64,000 bases of DNA from Dicyema japonicum (Eukaryota; Animalia; Dicyemida). Positions 1-13,400 of this stretch are shown here, piece by piece. The DNA lies in contig RDEW01000006.1 of assembly GCA_011109175.1 (NCBI GenBank), forward strand, positions 1,240,632-1,304,631, written 5' to 3'. The notes below the pieces were generated by a model that saw only the letters and a program-made list of their open reading frames with translations, was not told where the DNA came from and did not search any database. The first letter of the stretch is position 1; each line of letters starts with the position of its first letter. The position numbers were made by a program, and so were the translations under genes.

Positions 1-240
1 TCACCACAAATCCACTGCTCCATAACTTTGAATGCCCTCCTTCATTTCTTCAATCTTTCTCATATTTGTCAAAGATATGGAAGGTTCATACATGCATATG
101 AGGGAGAGTCCTTACGACATACACAAATCTCTGACGTTGAGACTATTCGTTAGGATGAATAATGCTTTCGATTGTAAGACAGAACAACAGGGGGTCCATG
201 GGGATCTCCTAGTTGCATTCCGGTAGACGAAGAGATTAGG
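1..240 (-). mobile_element. CRE-clade non-LTR retrotransposon, RT remnant
   Basis: Minus strand reads GMQLGD-(fs)-PMGPLLFCL, the GVQQGDPLGPLLF motif of CRE-type RTs; frameshifted. Confidence 0.5.
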
Positions 241-589
241 TAGTCCCCGAAAAGTAAAGATGAAGGTAGACTATAGGATTGATTCACAATTTCGAAAATA
301 TTAGGTAATCAATACATAAACACAGAATATTATCTCTCCTTAAAGTGTCGAAAGTTCTCTTAAGAAGGAGCACTTCTACTTTCTGGAATAAACGGAAAAC
401 TGTTAAAATATTCTCTGAACTTAATGGTAAATTTATTAAATAATAACAACTCAGGGACACCTACTAAGAGACACTGAGAATTGCTGCAGACCATGGCAAT
501 TTCATCTCCGCTCACGAGGGTCTTTGAGGTCTTGGAGGGAACTGAATTTGACTACTTTATGACCGGAAAGTTACTTAGAATTTTGTAGT

Positions 590-670
590 CCTTGTGCGAA
601 CTCGGAGGAATGCTTGCCAGAAAGAAAAGGGATCAACGAGAATCAATATAGGATCAAATATTACGATAAG
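590..670 (+). mobile_element. CRE C-terminal remnant
   Basis: gaactcggagga..gccagaaagaaaagggatcaacgagaa matches the CRE copy at about 42210-42260. Confidence 0.55.
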
Positions 671-1551
671 GAAAAGAGTCAATTACCAAGATATATAAAT
701 ATCCCAAATATCAAATCATAAGCACCACTAAAAATTAATTTGTAACAGAAAGATCATCGATTTACCATAATAATATTGAAGTGTGTAAGATCTGTGTAAT
801 TTATATTATTAATTTATAGTTATTTTCCTACTGATTCAATTATACAATCTTTTACGATAGCTCATTCTAAAAATGTTCGATTAGAAGGGTATTTTTAATA
901 TTAAATTAGTATTCTTGCATTGTGTACTGATCCATTTAACAACCCACAAGCGTATAGAATTATAATTAGTTAAGATATAAAGCTGACCCTGTAGGTGCAT
1001 ATCTAAGTAATGCTGGAATAAATTCGTATGACATTAATATATTTAGGTTTTACTTCAAATCAACAAATCGATTAAGTAATTATAAATATTATTTCAGTCT
1101 GCAATGCCATAGGAAACCCAAACAACGTGTTTGGCATGTGTGGCAAGCGTAATTAATTAATGCTAACATGACTATGGAATATAAGGATTTTGGTTATAAA
1201 TAAGATTTAGTTAATTTATTCAATTTAATTTACTTATTCACTTTTATTACGTATTTTGACTAATATATTAATTCTATTCCTTATTGCTTTTACAAATTAA
1301 AAATTGATTTACAATAGTTATTATAACAACAAAAGATAATAGGTAGGCTTAGAAAAGGTTAAATTATTATTAAAAAATCTTGAGTTTGTTCAGATGCTCT
1401 ATCATACATATTTCAAATGGTTTGATGATAATGATGAATTATGGACAAGTTACACAATTATTTAATTTATCAAAGAGGAGGTGGGAAATGAGAATACTCC
1501 GTTGAAACTTCATTCGATTTTTCACACCTATGCCTCTGGAGAAAAATATAA

Positions 1552-2480
1552 ATGAAAATTTGTTTCATGAAATCTGAAATTAACAAATATCAATGGCTAA
1601 AATCTAATTTGGAAAACTTCAAATATTTAATTTTCCTCCATATCAGCGTCTCGGATGTATTTGGCGATAGAGAATCAATTAGGGATGTCCATCGCTTCTT
1701 GATTCCAGACTTGGTAACTTGTTTAATTTGTATATTCAAGGATTTCATTTTTTGGAAATCGTCATTTGATAATTCCTTTTGCTTCTTTAATTTATTTCTT
1801 TCTCTGATAAGTGTTTTTGTGTGCATATTATAATAGGTACTCCTTGTTTGATGGCATTGGAATAGTTTTCTTGCTTTGAGTATAATGTCCGTGAAAGTTT
1901 TGATCATGTGGTCAATTGATGAGAATACCAATCTGCGCTTTCAAAATTTAAAAAAGTGGAATTCTGTCTGATAAATTTATTTGCAGTGTTATTTTCATCA
2001 TAATAGGGTTGTGATCACTTCTTACTTCATTTTTACAGTCCAGTTGACGAGGGGAAACATTGATGGGGAACATAAGGAGAGGTCAGGGGATGTAGATTTG
2101 TCTCCTTTTCGAGTAGGTGTTCTTGTATTGTTTATGGTGTTATTCAATATACAAAATTGTCTCAAGTTTCTGGCCAGTAGGTTTCCTCTACTGTCTGGTT
2201 TCTGGCCTTCATACCATAATTGACGTTTGGCATTGATGTCACCGCATAGTATTACTTTTTTGAAGTTTGAGAAAATCTGTAGGTTAGGGTAGTACCCACT
2301 TGGACAGGATGTAGTAGGGGGAATACATACATTGACAATATTTATAGTTTTCCTAGGAATTCTAACATTTATGCCAATTAGTTCCAAATGGTCATCTACT
2401 GGATAAAGTTTTCTGATTTTTTTGAAACATCTTCATATTGAATTCCATTTCTTATTAGTGTCATTAGTCCTCCACCTAGC
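1552..2480 (-). mobile_element. I/Jockey-like LINE, APE endonuclease and linker fragment
   Basis: ORF 2022..2387 has the APE motifs ILCGDINAK, DSRG, TRTP and SPDLSLCS; ORF 1590..1931 is the pre-RT linker. Confidence 0.75.
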
Positions 2481-2499
2481 TTAAACCTTCTGTCTTTAC

Positions 2500-2745
2500 G
2501 GATAATGGAGTATCCAGGAAAGGTTGGGGTTTGTATGTTTGGTTGTAGTTTTCTCTCAAGATCTTCCTCCTCGATATTAAAACCAACCCCGTTCGAGAAA
2601 CTCGTGAGAAATACGGGAGCTCTGCCAAAACCTCTAAACCTTCAAAAAGTAATTTGTCGATACCAAAAGTGTGCCGACACTCGGGAGGAAAACCGAATAA
2701 AGATGAGGCGGCTGTTCAAGGAGACCGGGATCACCTGACGGCCCC
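2500..2745 (+). mobile_element. 3'-terminal stub of a LINE whose ORF ends ...GIT*
   Basis: ORF ends MRRLFKETGIT*; the same terminus recurs at 3752, 8826, 9650, 9705, 34134 and 37288. Confidence 0.55.
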
Positions 2746-2979
2746 TACTCTCCTTTGTTTGTTTTGTCGGTGATTCTTGGTTCTAAATAATAAATAAATG
2801 GGTTTAAGGACTGTGATTTTCTAATGAGTTTAGTGTTTCCATTGTAAGTCAAGGACCACGTCGGTTGATCATTTGGCCACTCGGTGCGGATCCATGATCT
2901 GCCGCGACTATGTGTGGAGGCATAACGAAGTAGTAATGCAATATTCGCCACACCAGAAAGTTACGGACTCATAAGGTGC

Positions 2980-3430
2980 AATCTATAGTAGAGAACACCA
3001 GGGTCCAAATCAATGTAGACAATGTTATCAGAATCTTGGTGCTAAGCCGGGCATTGTTGTACACGATAGGAGTCTAGCTAAGTCCTTATCATAGAAATTG
3101 GCATTACGTCTCAAGACCGTTTGCAGACTGAAAGGTGGAGAAAAAAAGAAGTATGACTTGGTTGCACTTGAGAGAGGGCAGATACTTGGTTGGAAGGACC
3201 TCGTTATTCCAATAGTAATGACATGGGAAGGAATTGCAACAAAGTACCACAAGGGTTATCTGAAAAAGTTAGGGGTAGATAGGAAGCTCTAGGCCTATCT
3301 ACAGTTCACTGTATTAAAACGGACCCTATAGAGCCTGACATTGGAGTACAGGAGGCAGAGCCCGGAGATGCCATATGGGCAGAGGGTTCAATTGGACAAG
3401 GCGATCTCGGTGTTGTTTCAGTAACCAGAA
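2980..3430 (+). mobile_element. R4/NeSL-like non-LTR element, restriction-like endonuclease tail
   Basis: EKKKYDLVA...VIPIVMTWEGIATKYHKGYLKKL fits the K-Y..L / IP.V..W.G pattern of RLE tails; in-frame stops. Confidence 0.55.
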
Positions 3431-3589
3431 TCGAACCTGCCTATGGAGGCTGACGAACAGGGAGGCGAGGAAGGTTGTTGATTATTAAATATTAAATTTT
3501 TATTTTTGGTTAAATAAAGTGGTGTTTGCATTGAAAAACTCTCTTAATTTGAGAATTTACATTGAATTTTTTAATGAGTTTATTGGTTC

Positions 3590-3815
3590 AGTCACACCTC
3601 AACCAGATATGTGAATTTGCTGTGTCAGCATCCAAGTCTCAGTTAACCCTATTTACTACGGACAGGAGTTTAAGGAGGACTTGTAGAATTCCTCTGCAGA
3701 TAAAAAAGACACTTCGGGATCCCTGAGGAGCCTTTGAAGAGAATGTTGGAGGCTGGGATCACTTAATTAGTTGGTTAATACTTTCCTTTGTGGTGGTCGT
3801 TGGGTTTTAAAATAA
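3590..3815 (+). mobile_element. 3' stub of the ...AGIT* LINE with its short 3' UTR
   Basis: PLKRMLEAGIT* at 3752-3766, followed by ttagttggtt...aaataaata. Confidence 0.5.
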
Positions 3816-4479
3816 ATAACGAGTTAACATTCTGGCTAATTTGGAAATTGCACGTAAAGCTCGTGGTGATTCTGAAGGGGATCCCCTCATGGGTTACTAG
3901 CCAAGATATTTGTGTATTCTCGTTGGAGACTCTTCAGTCCGGATTTTTTTTCACTATTTCAAGGAAAATGGTTACAACCTTGGTGTTGGAAATTTGACCC
4001 TCAAATCAAGAAATGAGGCTACGTCTTTTATAAGATCTGGATTACATGTTGAGTTCTAGAAAATCTCCTGTTCATGGTACCAAGATTCTGCAATCAGACG
4101 TTTCAGATGCCAGAAATTAGGCCACGTTGCATCTCGATGCATTGAAAAGAAGAAACGTCTTATTTCATGACGGATGAACTTTTTTTTTGTCGACGTCTAT
4201 GTTGTCTGTGATGTGGACTATGTTAGCGCAAGCATTGTGGGTGCTATGGAGGAGTATCTAAACTGTTTTGCTAAACCTGTTTACTCTGGAGACTATAGAG
4301 CTGGACATTTCGAACGAAATCGCCTTCGGCTACAACTAAGAAGTCAAGTTCGTGTGAGAATTTCTAAAAAATATGAGATACTCAGAAGATTATATGTTTC
4401 TTATTTAAAGGACAAGTAAATAAACATGGAGGACTGAAAAAGGGAGGTTGGAAACCAAGAACCCAACATTTAGGAAGTC

Positions 4480-5500
4480 TTATAGGCTTGTAGGTCCTTA
4501 ATCTAAATCAGATGTTGTTAGTTTAAGAGACCCGATTGTAGTTTTGCACCAAAGCGGATGATCCTAATGCCTTTCGGGAGCAGCTCGAGGAAGTTAAGAG
4601 AATTGATCTGCAAGTTTGGAAGGACTCCATTATCGTAAAACCAGGAAAATCGTGGACGGATCCTTTATAGACCTATAAGTCTGATAAACTCAATCTCAAA
4701 ACTCATGGAGTGACTGATTTATAAAAGAATTACGCGTCATATCGAATCACAGAATTTTCTCAGCAAGGAACAATGGGCTTTCGTCTAGGGAGATTATGCG
4801 GAGATTGTTTGCTCATCTTAAACTCTGAGATTGAGAAGGTCCGGAATTTCAAATATCAGCTGAGTGTCGTCTGCCTGGATATATCGAAGGCTTTCGGTAG
4901 TGTCCATGACGCAGTGTATTATCAGCTAGTTTCACTTTAAATTCCAAAACTTACTGGATTGATTAAGGAATCTTCTGACGGGAAAAAATCATTTGTGAGA
5001 TGCGGAGTATTCACTTCTGAAGCGATTATAATGAAGAGGGGAGTTCCTAGGCTCAGTCTTGAGTCCTCTGCTCTTCAATATATTTATGGCTCCCAGGAAT
5101 CCTAGTAATAACGTGAGTATTTACAAAGAAGATGTATTGATAACGTACCCCTCAGAGTTCGGTGGTGTCTGAGGGAAAATTACGTGATTTCTTGGAAGAG
5201 ATTCTCTGGTGGTGCAAATCCCTTGGCTTAAATCTCTCTATAAGTCAAAAGCTATGCGAATTTCATACTTTAGAAAGTACTTTCAACAAGAGTACACACT
5301 GAGTGGTATCACCAATGTTGATCATTTGCATTATTAGTGTGTCCGTTTGGATATACAAGAGATTATGTTGAAGGTGCCAAAATAAAAAGGCTTACCAAGC
5401 AATTTTGTGTCTGCAGAACTCGATTTGAAGTTATCTTTTCTTGAAAGAGTTTATCTGGCCTCTCTCATCTGCGGATGTGAAAGGTAGTATTTTTCACCTA
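4480..5500 (+). mobile_element. Degenerate LINE reverse transcriptase
   Basis: VVCLDISKAFGSV at about 4865-4905 and RGVP*GSVLSPLLFNIFM at about 5035-5090; many stops and frameshifts. Confidence 0.65.
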
Positions 5501-6225
5501 AGAGAGAGACAATAATCATTAAAAGTTATGTTAGCTATGGTTTAGTATATTGTAGAGGAATAAATGAATATTAAAATGTATATTGGTTATTCCACATAGG
5601 TTAAAATGATATAAAGTGAGAGGTATTGGGTATGAGTCCATATCTCATTGAGAGTTGATACAAAATAGGCCAAAATATTTAACACAGCATTTTTAATGAC
5701 CCCTTCGATTTGACATCACAATGAGTAAATAATTATAGATGATACTCTAGTATTCATTCAAAATAAAAATTAACAATTTTGACTTTATTCACCTGAAAAT
5801 AAATTTTGACCAAATTTATATAACATTTTTAATTAAAAAACCAAGGTTTTGAAGTTTTAAACAATTTTAAAGAATAGGGTTCCACTGTTCATAAAGATTT
5901 ACTTTTCGTATTACATGTACATATTAACGACTTTCAATCGGAGAAAGGATGGGCGGATTCTCAGAGTTAGTTGTTCCTATGTGTCGTCATGGAAGAAAGA
6001 GTCCGAAATGTTATACGAAATATTGCTGGTCAGTATTTGTTTCCTGAATAGTGTAATTGGGTGTATGTCCTTTATAGATGATCCGGTTCCGTAGTGAAAT
6101 GTTCACTAATAACGACATCAGTCACCAAGCCAACGCTAACATATAAATAATTTAAGAAAATATTAATATTTTAAAATTAAATTATTTTAATAATAAAAAT
6201 AAATTTAAATTACTTACCTAGTCTA

Positions 6226-7408
6226 ATGATGCATGTAATTTAGTAATATTGTATGAAAGCCATTAATACCCAAGCCGATATATCGACTGATTAATTTCAT
6301 ATCAGAAGCCTTCTACAACTTTGAGGAACACATCGTTATGCGCTATCTAATGTTTTATCCTTGCATTTCAGAGACGGATCTATCTAATCTCCTAAAAATC
6401 GACAGAAGATACCTCAGGAAGACCCTAAATAAACTCAGAGCGGAGAAATTTGTTCGAGTTGTTGTTATCTGTTAATTTTCTAGCAAAAACATCGAGTAGA
6501 AAGCGACAATGAGGGGAAGTCTCAGAGAATCACTTATTTTTATATAAACTTGATAACTCTCATAAACGTGGTCCGCTACAAATTAGACATTATGCAGAAA
6601 AGGATTGACTCAAAGGCCAAAGAGGCGATGACTCGGTCTTCATACAACTGTCTGAGTTGTGAAAAGGCATTCGAAGACCTTGAAATTGACCAAATCTTCG
6701 ACTTTAGCACAAACTCTTTGATCTGTAATTACTGTGGTGGGGATGTGAAGGAGGATGAGTCCATTCTGACTAACAGAAACAGCAGAAACGTGTTAATAAA
6801 GTTCAATCAGGAATTATCTGACCTTTTCAAGTACTTGGCCCAGATAGAGAAGGTGGAAATTCCCCCTGAACTGGTGGACCCTCAACCATGTAGTATATCT
6901 CTAATAGAGAACAACCGATTATCAATGAATGGTGAAGTGGCCATGATAACAGAATTGGAGTCGAGTTCGTCTGTGAAGGTATTTTTGGAAGAGGATGTAC
7001 TTTATTGGATTGAGTCAAGTGAGTGGTTGTGTAACATGATAGAACGTGTCAAGAATGTGGAACCTGTCTGGTTTGGCACTGAGTGTAGAGTTGAGGAAGA
7101 TAACTGGGAGACGACTCTGGAGAGACTTAAGACACGGAGAATTGTGGAAGAGGAAGTGTGTCAGTGTCTATTGGCGAGAGGGAAGATAGAGGAGGTGGAG
7201 AGTGGGATGAGTTTGTGCGGACTGAGTGAAAGGGATATGGGAGAAGGTAATGTGATAGGGATATGTAGTGTATGAGAGGAAAGTGGTGGTTGTTGGGGGA
7301 GAGAGTGTTGGATATAAAACAGCTATTGATATGGTGGATGGAATGAGTATTAGTGAAATGGCTAGATTTGTGGAGTTATCAGGATATTTGTTTGATGATT
7401 TTGTATAA
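6226..7408 (+). CDS. GTF2E1: General transcription factor IIE subunit alpha
   Basis: YFYINLITLINVVRYKLDIMQKRI, zinc ribbon CLSC..CNYC, and C-terminal VVVVGGESVGY...FDDFV*. Inferred introns are 25, 26 and 22 nt; the last (7247-7268) extends the gene past the ORF-track stop. Confidence 0.93.
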
Positions 7409-7839
7409 TATTTGTATTTCTATCATAAATAGATATAGTTATTAAATAATTCCTTAACCAATCATAATAACACGTGACAGCATTTCAAATTACCATTGGT
7501 TATATGACCCAAACTAACATTTTTGAGTCTTCGATAATGTGTAGTCGGGGTTTAAATTAATAAAATTTCGTGATCTCAGTTATTATTTTGAGTAAATATC
7601 TCCCACCATGATGATTTTGTCCAAAGATGACCCAGGACTGCATAATACCATGAAGCACAGGCATATTGTATATCGAAAACGATAGTTCGTATAATTTGTC
7701 TATTCAATTTTCTACCGTGCATGGGCTCTTTGAAACAACTACTGTGAGGACATTCTGGAGTCATTTCGCTAAGATTAAAGGCAATAATCATATTTTAAGG
7801 TTAAACTAACATATCCCCCGAATATCGCCATCGAAGATT

Positions 7840-8030
7840 ACTACTTCTCCCATGTAAAACGCTTTCGTGGAAGACCGAGAACAACCTTCCTGGTCTTTTT
7901 ACAAAACGATCTGAAAGCCGTAAATAAAAAATTGACATCTGGCGACGACCTGGACACACTGATGGATCTGGCTAAGAACAGAAAAACCTGGAACAAACTA
8001 ACTCTTTCTTTTATATTTTAGCTGAACATG
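7840..8030 (+). mobile_element. RTE 3' remnant
   Basis: RGRPRTT(L)..LQNDLKA..KKLTSGDDLDTL matches the C-terminus of the RTE at 15300-16528. Confidence 0.6.
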
Positions 8031-8034
8031 CTAT

Positions 8035-8500
8035 AAGTATTATAGATCTCGTGAAAGTGCTAATAATAAACTAACATATCCTTCTTTACGAGGATCTTCA
8101 ACAACTATCCACAGGACTTTTACTTCTTCCTCGGACTGTGGGTCCTCCGCTTCGCCAATGTAATGAGTTGCCTGCTCTTCTAGTCGCCTCGACGAGTAAA
8201 GGATTTCGTCAATTGGTGTCTTGACGACAATAATACTTTCTAATGTTTTCTTTAAAACCACCGATTAAATATGAGCTCTTATTAAGACATCAATCGACAG
8301 AGTTTTCAACTGATTTCTGTAGCACGTGGAGATAATCCCGTCCCATTTCAAAACTACAGGAATAATTCTCACAGGAGCATCGTACAACATTCTCAATTCT
8401 CCAGAGAGCAAGTCACACTTGTGTAGCTTTTCCACTTCTGTATGCTTGAGTGCTTCTTGTGAGGTGATTCCAAATCCTATAATCTCATTCTTCATTTAGT
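8035..8500 (-). mobile_element. R4/NeSL-like RLE tail fragment
   Basis: GITSQEALKHTEVEKLHKCDLL...IIPVVLKWDGII; same family as 2980-3430. Confidence 0.55.
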
Positions 8501-8779
8501 CATACACGAAAATGTCTGGCTTATTGTGTTGAACTTTAGTGTCATGATGGAAGTGTCTACTCGGATTCCACCCTCTTCGTCGTAACAGTTGATCGAACTG
8601 AATGTGTATTTAGATGTTTAGACATATTGATGCCATATACTCTACATAAATACATTTGCTTGTATGCTTTGGAAATTAGTTTTGAAATTTGTTCATTATT
8701 TTTGCCTCTTTTAATAGTTTAACAATTGAGAAAATTATACATTTCTGTCACTAAATGAAGACTATTTTTTAAATTTAAA

Positions 8780-8900
8780 ATTTATTTAACCAGAAACCAC
8801 CGCCATAGCCAAATGATAAAAATAAGGTGATCCCGGCCTTCCTCAGCAGTCTTCGCATGCTCGGACATGAAGGAAGTACTGTCAGGGGCACGTTAACAAT
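8780..8900 (-). mobile_element. 3' stub of the ...AGIT LINE
   Basis: Minus strand reads SMRRLLRKAGIT followed by an A/T-rich UTR. Confidence 0.45.
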
Positions 8901-10497
8901 TCAAACGTACGTGATGTGGTTCACCATCTTTGTTGGCAGTAAAACGTGGATCGTCTTGGGGCACAACTGAGTAGGCTCAGTTTGTAAATGCACTTCAAAT
9001 AGGTCAACCAACAAATAAGACATAAATAACATAGTTCACAAATTTCCAAAATGGGGGGCACACGGGAGGCGCAAAAACCTGTGGCTAAACAACAACATCT
9101 CTGGTCGACAAGGAAGGGTGAGGTATGACATCATAATCTCTCGCGTTCCCAATCCGAGTATTACAACGATCCCCTTGCATTAACCTCTTCTATTACATAT
9201 TCCAAATTTAAATGACCAACATGGTCTCCTAGTTTATGTAGATTATATAATCATCTAAGATCCTCATTTTACAATGGTGGTGCAGTCATACCAATTAGAG
9301 GATTGTTTATATCACTTTATCTACAATGTTAGTGACAAAATGCACAATATTTACCTCTGATAAGTCCAAATGTGAGACCAAAGTGTATGAACTCTTATTC
9401 AGATATATAGTAAATAAAAGATTAAGTCATATGACACACTAATGACCTCTCATGACGTCAAAGAGGTCAAAGAAACATTGGAAGTACAATGTGCTGAGAT
9501 CTATTGTAAAGAACTATTTTATATCAATGTCTCCTATTCTCCTTTAGATTGATTAATTAAACTCAGTGACCAACTATGCGTCTCCACCCTTTTTCGATCC
9601 AACATTCCCTCAAAACTCTCTTCTCAAAGAAATTATGAGTTCATGACTATCTGGGATCACATAATTATTTTATCAAATTTCTATCAAAAAAGTTAATGAG
9701 AAAGGCTGGGATCACTCAATGGCCAATAAATAGTGATAATTTAAATAATATGTCGCGCGCACTGTGAGCAACCATGCACAACGCGCAACAAATCATGTGT
9801 CAATCAATGTCACGTGTCAAATTCACGCCACGTCGTTCGATAGTAGATTCGATAGTAAAATAGCACTTTCGCAAAAATATTGTTAAATCTAAGGATTCCT
9901 GCACACAGAGGTTGTATAAAATGTTATGAGGAATATGAAATAATCGAACGCATTACTAAAGACTAAGCATTTACAAGTACCAACAGGTATAATAAATTTT
10001 ATCTTTTACAAAAATCCAGAAACTTTATAATAACAACAAAATGTATCTGAAAGATTTGAAATCACAAGCTTGTCATTTGTATGGACAATGAGATGGAATT
10101 TTTAACCTCAGCACTCCATAACCAGGCTCATCTTGAAATGAATAAAATAAAGGATCTCTCCAATAAACACTACTTCCATATTAAAAGAAGTGTTATTAAT
10201 TCCTGTGAATCTGTAATTTGGAATAAATTTGGTTTTCGGTTAGTCTCCTGTATACTGCATATAGTGACTTTGTATGATGTTAAGTCACTTATTAAATCCT
10301 TCCTTTTATGTTTTTCTTTCAATCCACGGACGTTGAATGACGCCAGTGTGAAGAGATCACATGTGTGAAATAGACATAATTAATCAGAACCACGTCATCA
10401 GTTCAACCAACTCTAGTGAATACAACATTTTATTAAAAATTAATAAATTATAATAATGTAAAATTTACTTTTAAAATATTTAATTTAAACGTGGTCA

Positions 10498-11235
10498 ATG
10501 TTAGTTTTGTTCGAGACATCATCAGGATATGCTATATTCAAAGTAATACCCATAACTGACACTAAGATTCTCAAAGAAAAGAAACTACAGGAGAGTGAAA
10601 ACCTACATAAATACTTTGAAACTTCTGAGTCAGCCAGGAAAATGTATTAATTCTTTACTATTTCAGTTTACAGCTAAAAAACTTCACCCCCTTTAAAAAT
10701 CTACAAGAATCAATCCGTTCGACTTCCAAAACAATCGACGGGAAGATCTCTAAGCGACTAAAAAAGTCACTAGCTACTGTTGATGAGCCTCTCTGTGTTG
10801 GGGATGCCCGCCTAGCTAGCCTACTCAAAGTCATGTTATCACTCATTGTAGTCCTCATGTGGAATTGATTGTGTTAGTGGGTCCCATGTTGTAGAGCTCA
10901 TGCGCTGCATCCGTGAGCACGTGGATGAATTTCTCCCCAAAGAAGTCCCTCTCAGCCTTACCCACGGACTCTGCCGCTATAAATTGAAATTCTCTCCTGA
11001 CAAGGTGGACCTAATGATTGTACATGCTGTGGGTAGTTGTCTGTTTTATTTCTTAGGCCTTCTTGACGACTTGGATAAAGAATTGAATAATTTTGTTATG
11101 AGATTGAAAGAATGGTATGGTTGGCATTTCCCAGAGTTGGCAAATATAGTGAGTGACCCCCGCATTTATTCTGAATTGGTTCGTCAGCATGGAAAGAGAG
11201 ATGATATTTTGACTTGTGACTTGTCTACTTTATTA
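10498..11235 (+). CDS. NOP58: Nucleolar protein 58 (5' part; runs into the gap)
   Basis: MLVLFETSSGYAIFK...KFSPDKVD..LLDDLDKELNNFVMRLKEWYGWHFPEL; inferred introns of 24, 23, 22 and 24 nt (last at 11033-11056). Confidence 0.95.
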
Positions 11236-12030
11236 NNNNNNNNNNNNNNNNNNNNNNNNNNNNNNNNNNNNNNNNNNNNNNNNNNNNNNNNNNNNNNNNN
11301 NNNNNNNNNNNNNNNNNNNNNNNNNNNNNNNNNNNNNNNNNNNNNNNNNNNNNNNNNNNNNNNNNNNNNNNNNNNNNNNNNNNNNNNNNNNNNNNNNNNN
11401 NNNNNNNNNNNNNNNNNNNNNNNNNNNNNNNNNNNNNNNNNNNNNNNNNNNNNNNNNNNNNNNNNNNNNNNNNNNNNNNNNNNNNNNNNNNNNNNNNNNN
11501 NNNNNNNNNNNNNNNNNNNNNNNNNNNNNNNNNNNNNNNNNNNNNNNNNNNNNNNNNNNNNNNNNNNNNNNNNNNNNNNNNNNNNNNNNNNNNNNNNNNN
11601 NNNNNNNNNNNNNNNNNNNNNNNNNNNNNNNNNNNNNNNNNNNNNNNNNNNNNNNNNNNNNNNNNNNNNNNNNNNNNNNNNNNNNNNNNNNNNNNNNNNN
11701 NNNNNNNNNNNNNNNNNNNNNNNNNNNNNNNNNNNNNNNNNNNNNNNNNNNNNNNNNNNNNNNNNNNNNNNNNNNNNNNNNNNNNNNNNNNNNNNNNNNN
11801 NNNNNNNNNNNNNNNNNNNNNNNNNNNNNNNNNNNNNNNNNNNNNNNNNNNNNNNNNNNNNNNNNNNNNNNNNNNNNNNNNNNNNNNNNNNNNNNNNNNN
11901 NNNNNNNNNNNNNNNNNNNNNNNNNNNNNNNNNNNNNNNNNNNNNNNNNNNNNNNNNNNNNNNNNNNNNNNNNNNNNNNNNNNNNNNNNNNNNNNNNNNN
12001 NNNNNNNNNNNNNNNNNNNNNNNNNNNNNN
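11236..12030. other. Assembly gap (795 N)
   Basis: Run of N. Confidence 1.
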
Positions 12031-12136
12031 CTAATTAAAAAGGGAGAAACCAACGAGTTGTCCTGGTTGATGGAGTTTGGTTTAACGAAACACCATATGT
12101 CTCCTCTTTGAATTATTGACCCCTTGCATCCAACAA

Positions 12137-12401
12137 TTAGTTTTTCAAGTGGTGCAATATTTCCTCAATGGATCTTGCACGTCTCTCATCACTAGGCGGT
12201 AATTTAGACTTTAAATCAAGTCCATATGCCAGTTTAATAGCATATCTCCTCGATTTATCGAGAAGTTCTACAAGAGTTTGGGGTATTCCATTTGGAATTA
12301 AACGGGAGCTCGATCGTAGATTTCCCAAACAGACCCGTCCTTTTCGTCCACTGAGGAAATTCACCAAAAAATATTCCCACGATGTTTTCAAGTTTAACTG
12401 A
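12137..12401 (-). mobile_element. I/Jockey-like RT fragment
   Basis: LVNFLSGRKGRV..RSSSRLIPNGIPQ resembles the RT fragments at 24336-24803 and 58375-58680. Confidence 0.55.
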
Positions 12402-12705
12402 AATCAGCTCAAACTATTTGGTGTTAATTGAAATGATTTCAATCCCTAACTTCGATTATTCAATTGAAAAATCTTATGCAGATCTGAACAGCATAGAATT
12501 TTTAAGCTTCTGAAATCTGAGATACTAAGTATTCATGATTTCCAAAATAAAACTATTTCGCCAGAAATTTACTCACACCTTCAAAATTGTTGCGGTAAGA
12601 TCAGCTTCAGTTGAAAGGGCGATATCTCTTTTAACGAAAATTCTTAAAAATCGAAACTAAATCTGAAAATGTCCAGGAATATTTAATTTCCATTACAATA
12701 AATGA
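12400..12705 (+). mobile_element. hAT-like transposase C-terminal remnant
   Basis: SASVERAISLLTKIL...SENVQEYL..HYNK resembles the hAT dimerisation motif; disrupted. Confidence 0.55.
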
Positions 12706-12829
12706 TTTCGTTTATTTTTCCATAATGCAATTTTATATAATTAAAACAATTTTTTGCAATTTTTATTTTAAAATTGCTATTTTATGGTTGCCATAGTAAT
12801 CATGATTTTTAAAATTATTTCTCGCACCG

Positions 12830-13400
12830 CCAATCGGGAAGCGCTGCCCTAACATCTCCTCTTTAAACCCCCAAGTTCTTATTTCGTTGGGATTTTACTC
12901 ATGTTAGTAGCGAGACAAGACGTTTCTCCCTAGTGCCACCTTCTCGTCGCCTCTGTTTAATCCAACGAGTGTGAAATAGAAGCCCAAATCTTCAGTAACT
13001 TTGTTTACAATGGCTGACGTATCTCTCAAAGTTTCCCCGAATTGAGAAGACTAAATTCTAACTAACACATTGGCAATCCGATGTTCCTCATTCAAAATTT
13101 CGGATATACTATGTGTCTTGTGTCCATCAAGGTGTGAGACAAAAAGTCATATCCACCCTGGGAAATGAAGCCATTAGTTCACTAAAACTTTGTCATAGCG
13201 CATCATAGCTACGTCATCGACGACCAATTGACCACTAGAATGAGTAGTAATTGTTAATATCCCACGTGGTTAGCCGACCAGTTAGCCAAGTCGTTGATTA
13301 AGAATGACATCTACTTAGCTCATGATTGGTGTAAGTCTGTCTTCCGTCTCGTAAGCATGAACGAAATAACTGACTCGAAGACTTTTGAAATACGAAATTC
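12830..13400 (-). mobile_element. CRE N-terminal remnant
   Basis: Minus strand reads RGDVRAAL, as in KGDVRAAL (about 41190) and KRDVRAAL (about 59980). Confidence 0.4.

Noticed and set aside
3620-3720. Minus-strand IGLTETW suggesting an APE start
   Set aside because: The plus strand is better explained as the 3' end of the AGIT LINE; probably a chance match.
6209-6222. TACTTACCT resembling the U1 snRNA 5' end
   Set aside because: Only 9 nt match; no U1 stems or Sm site follow, and it lies in the TFIIE 5' flank.
10900-12111. Long ORFs spanning the N run
   Set aside because: Artefacts of translating N; NOP58 homology does not resume after the gap.
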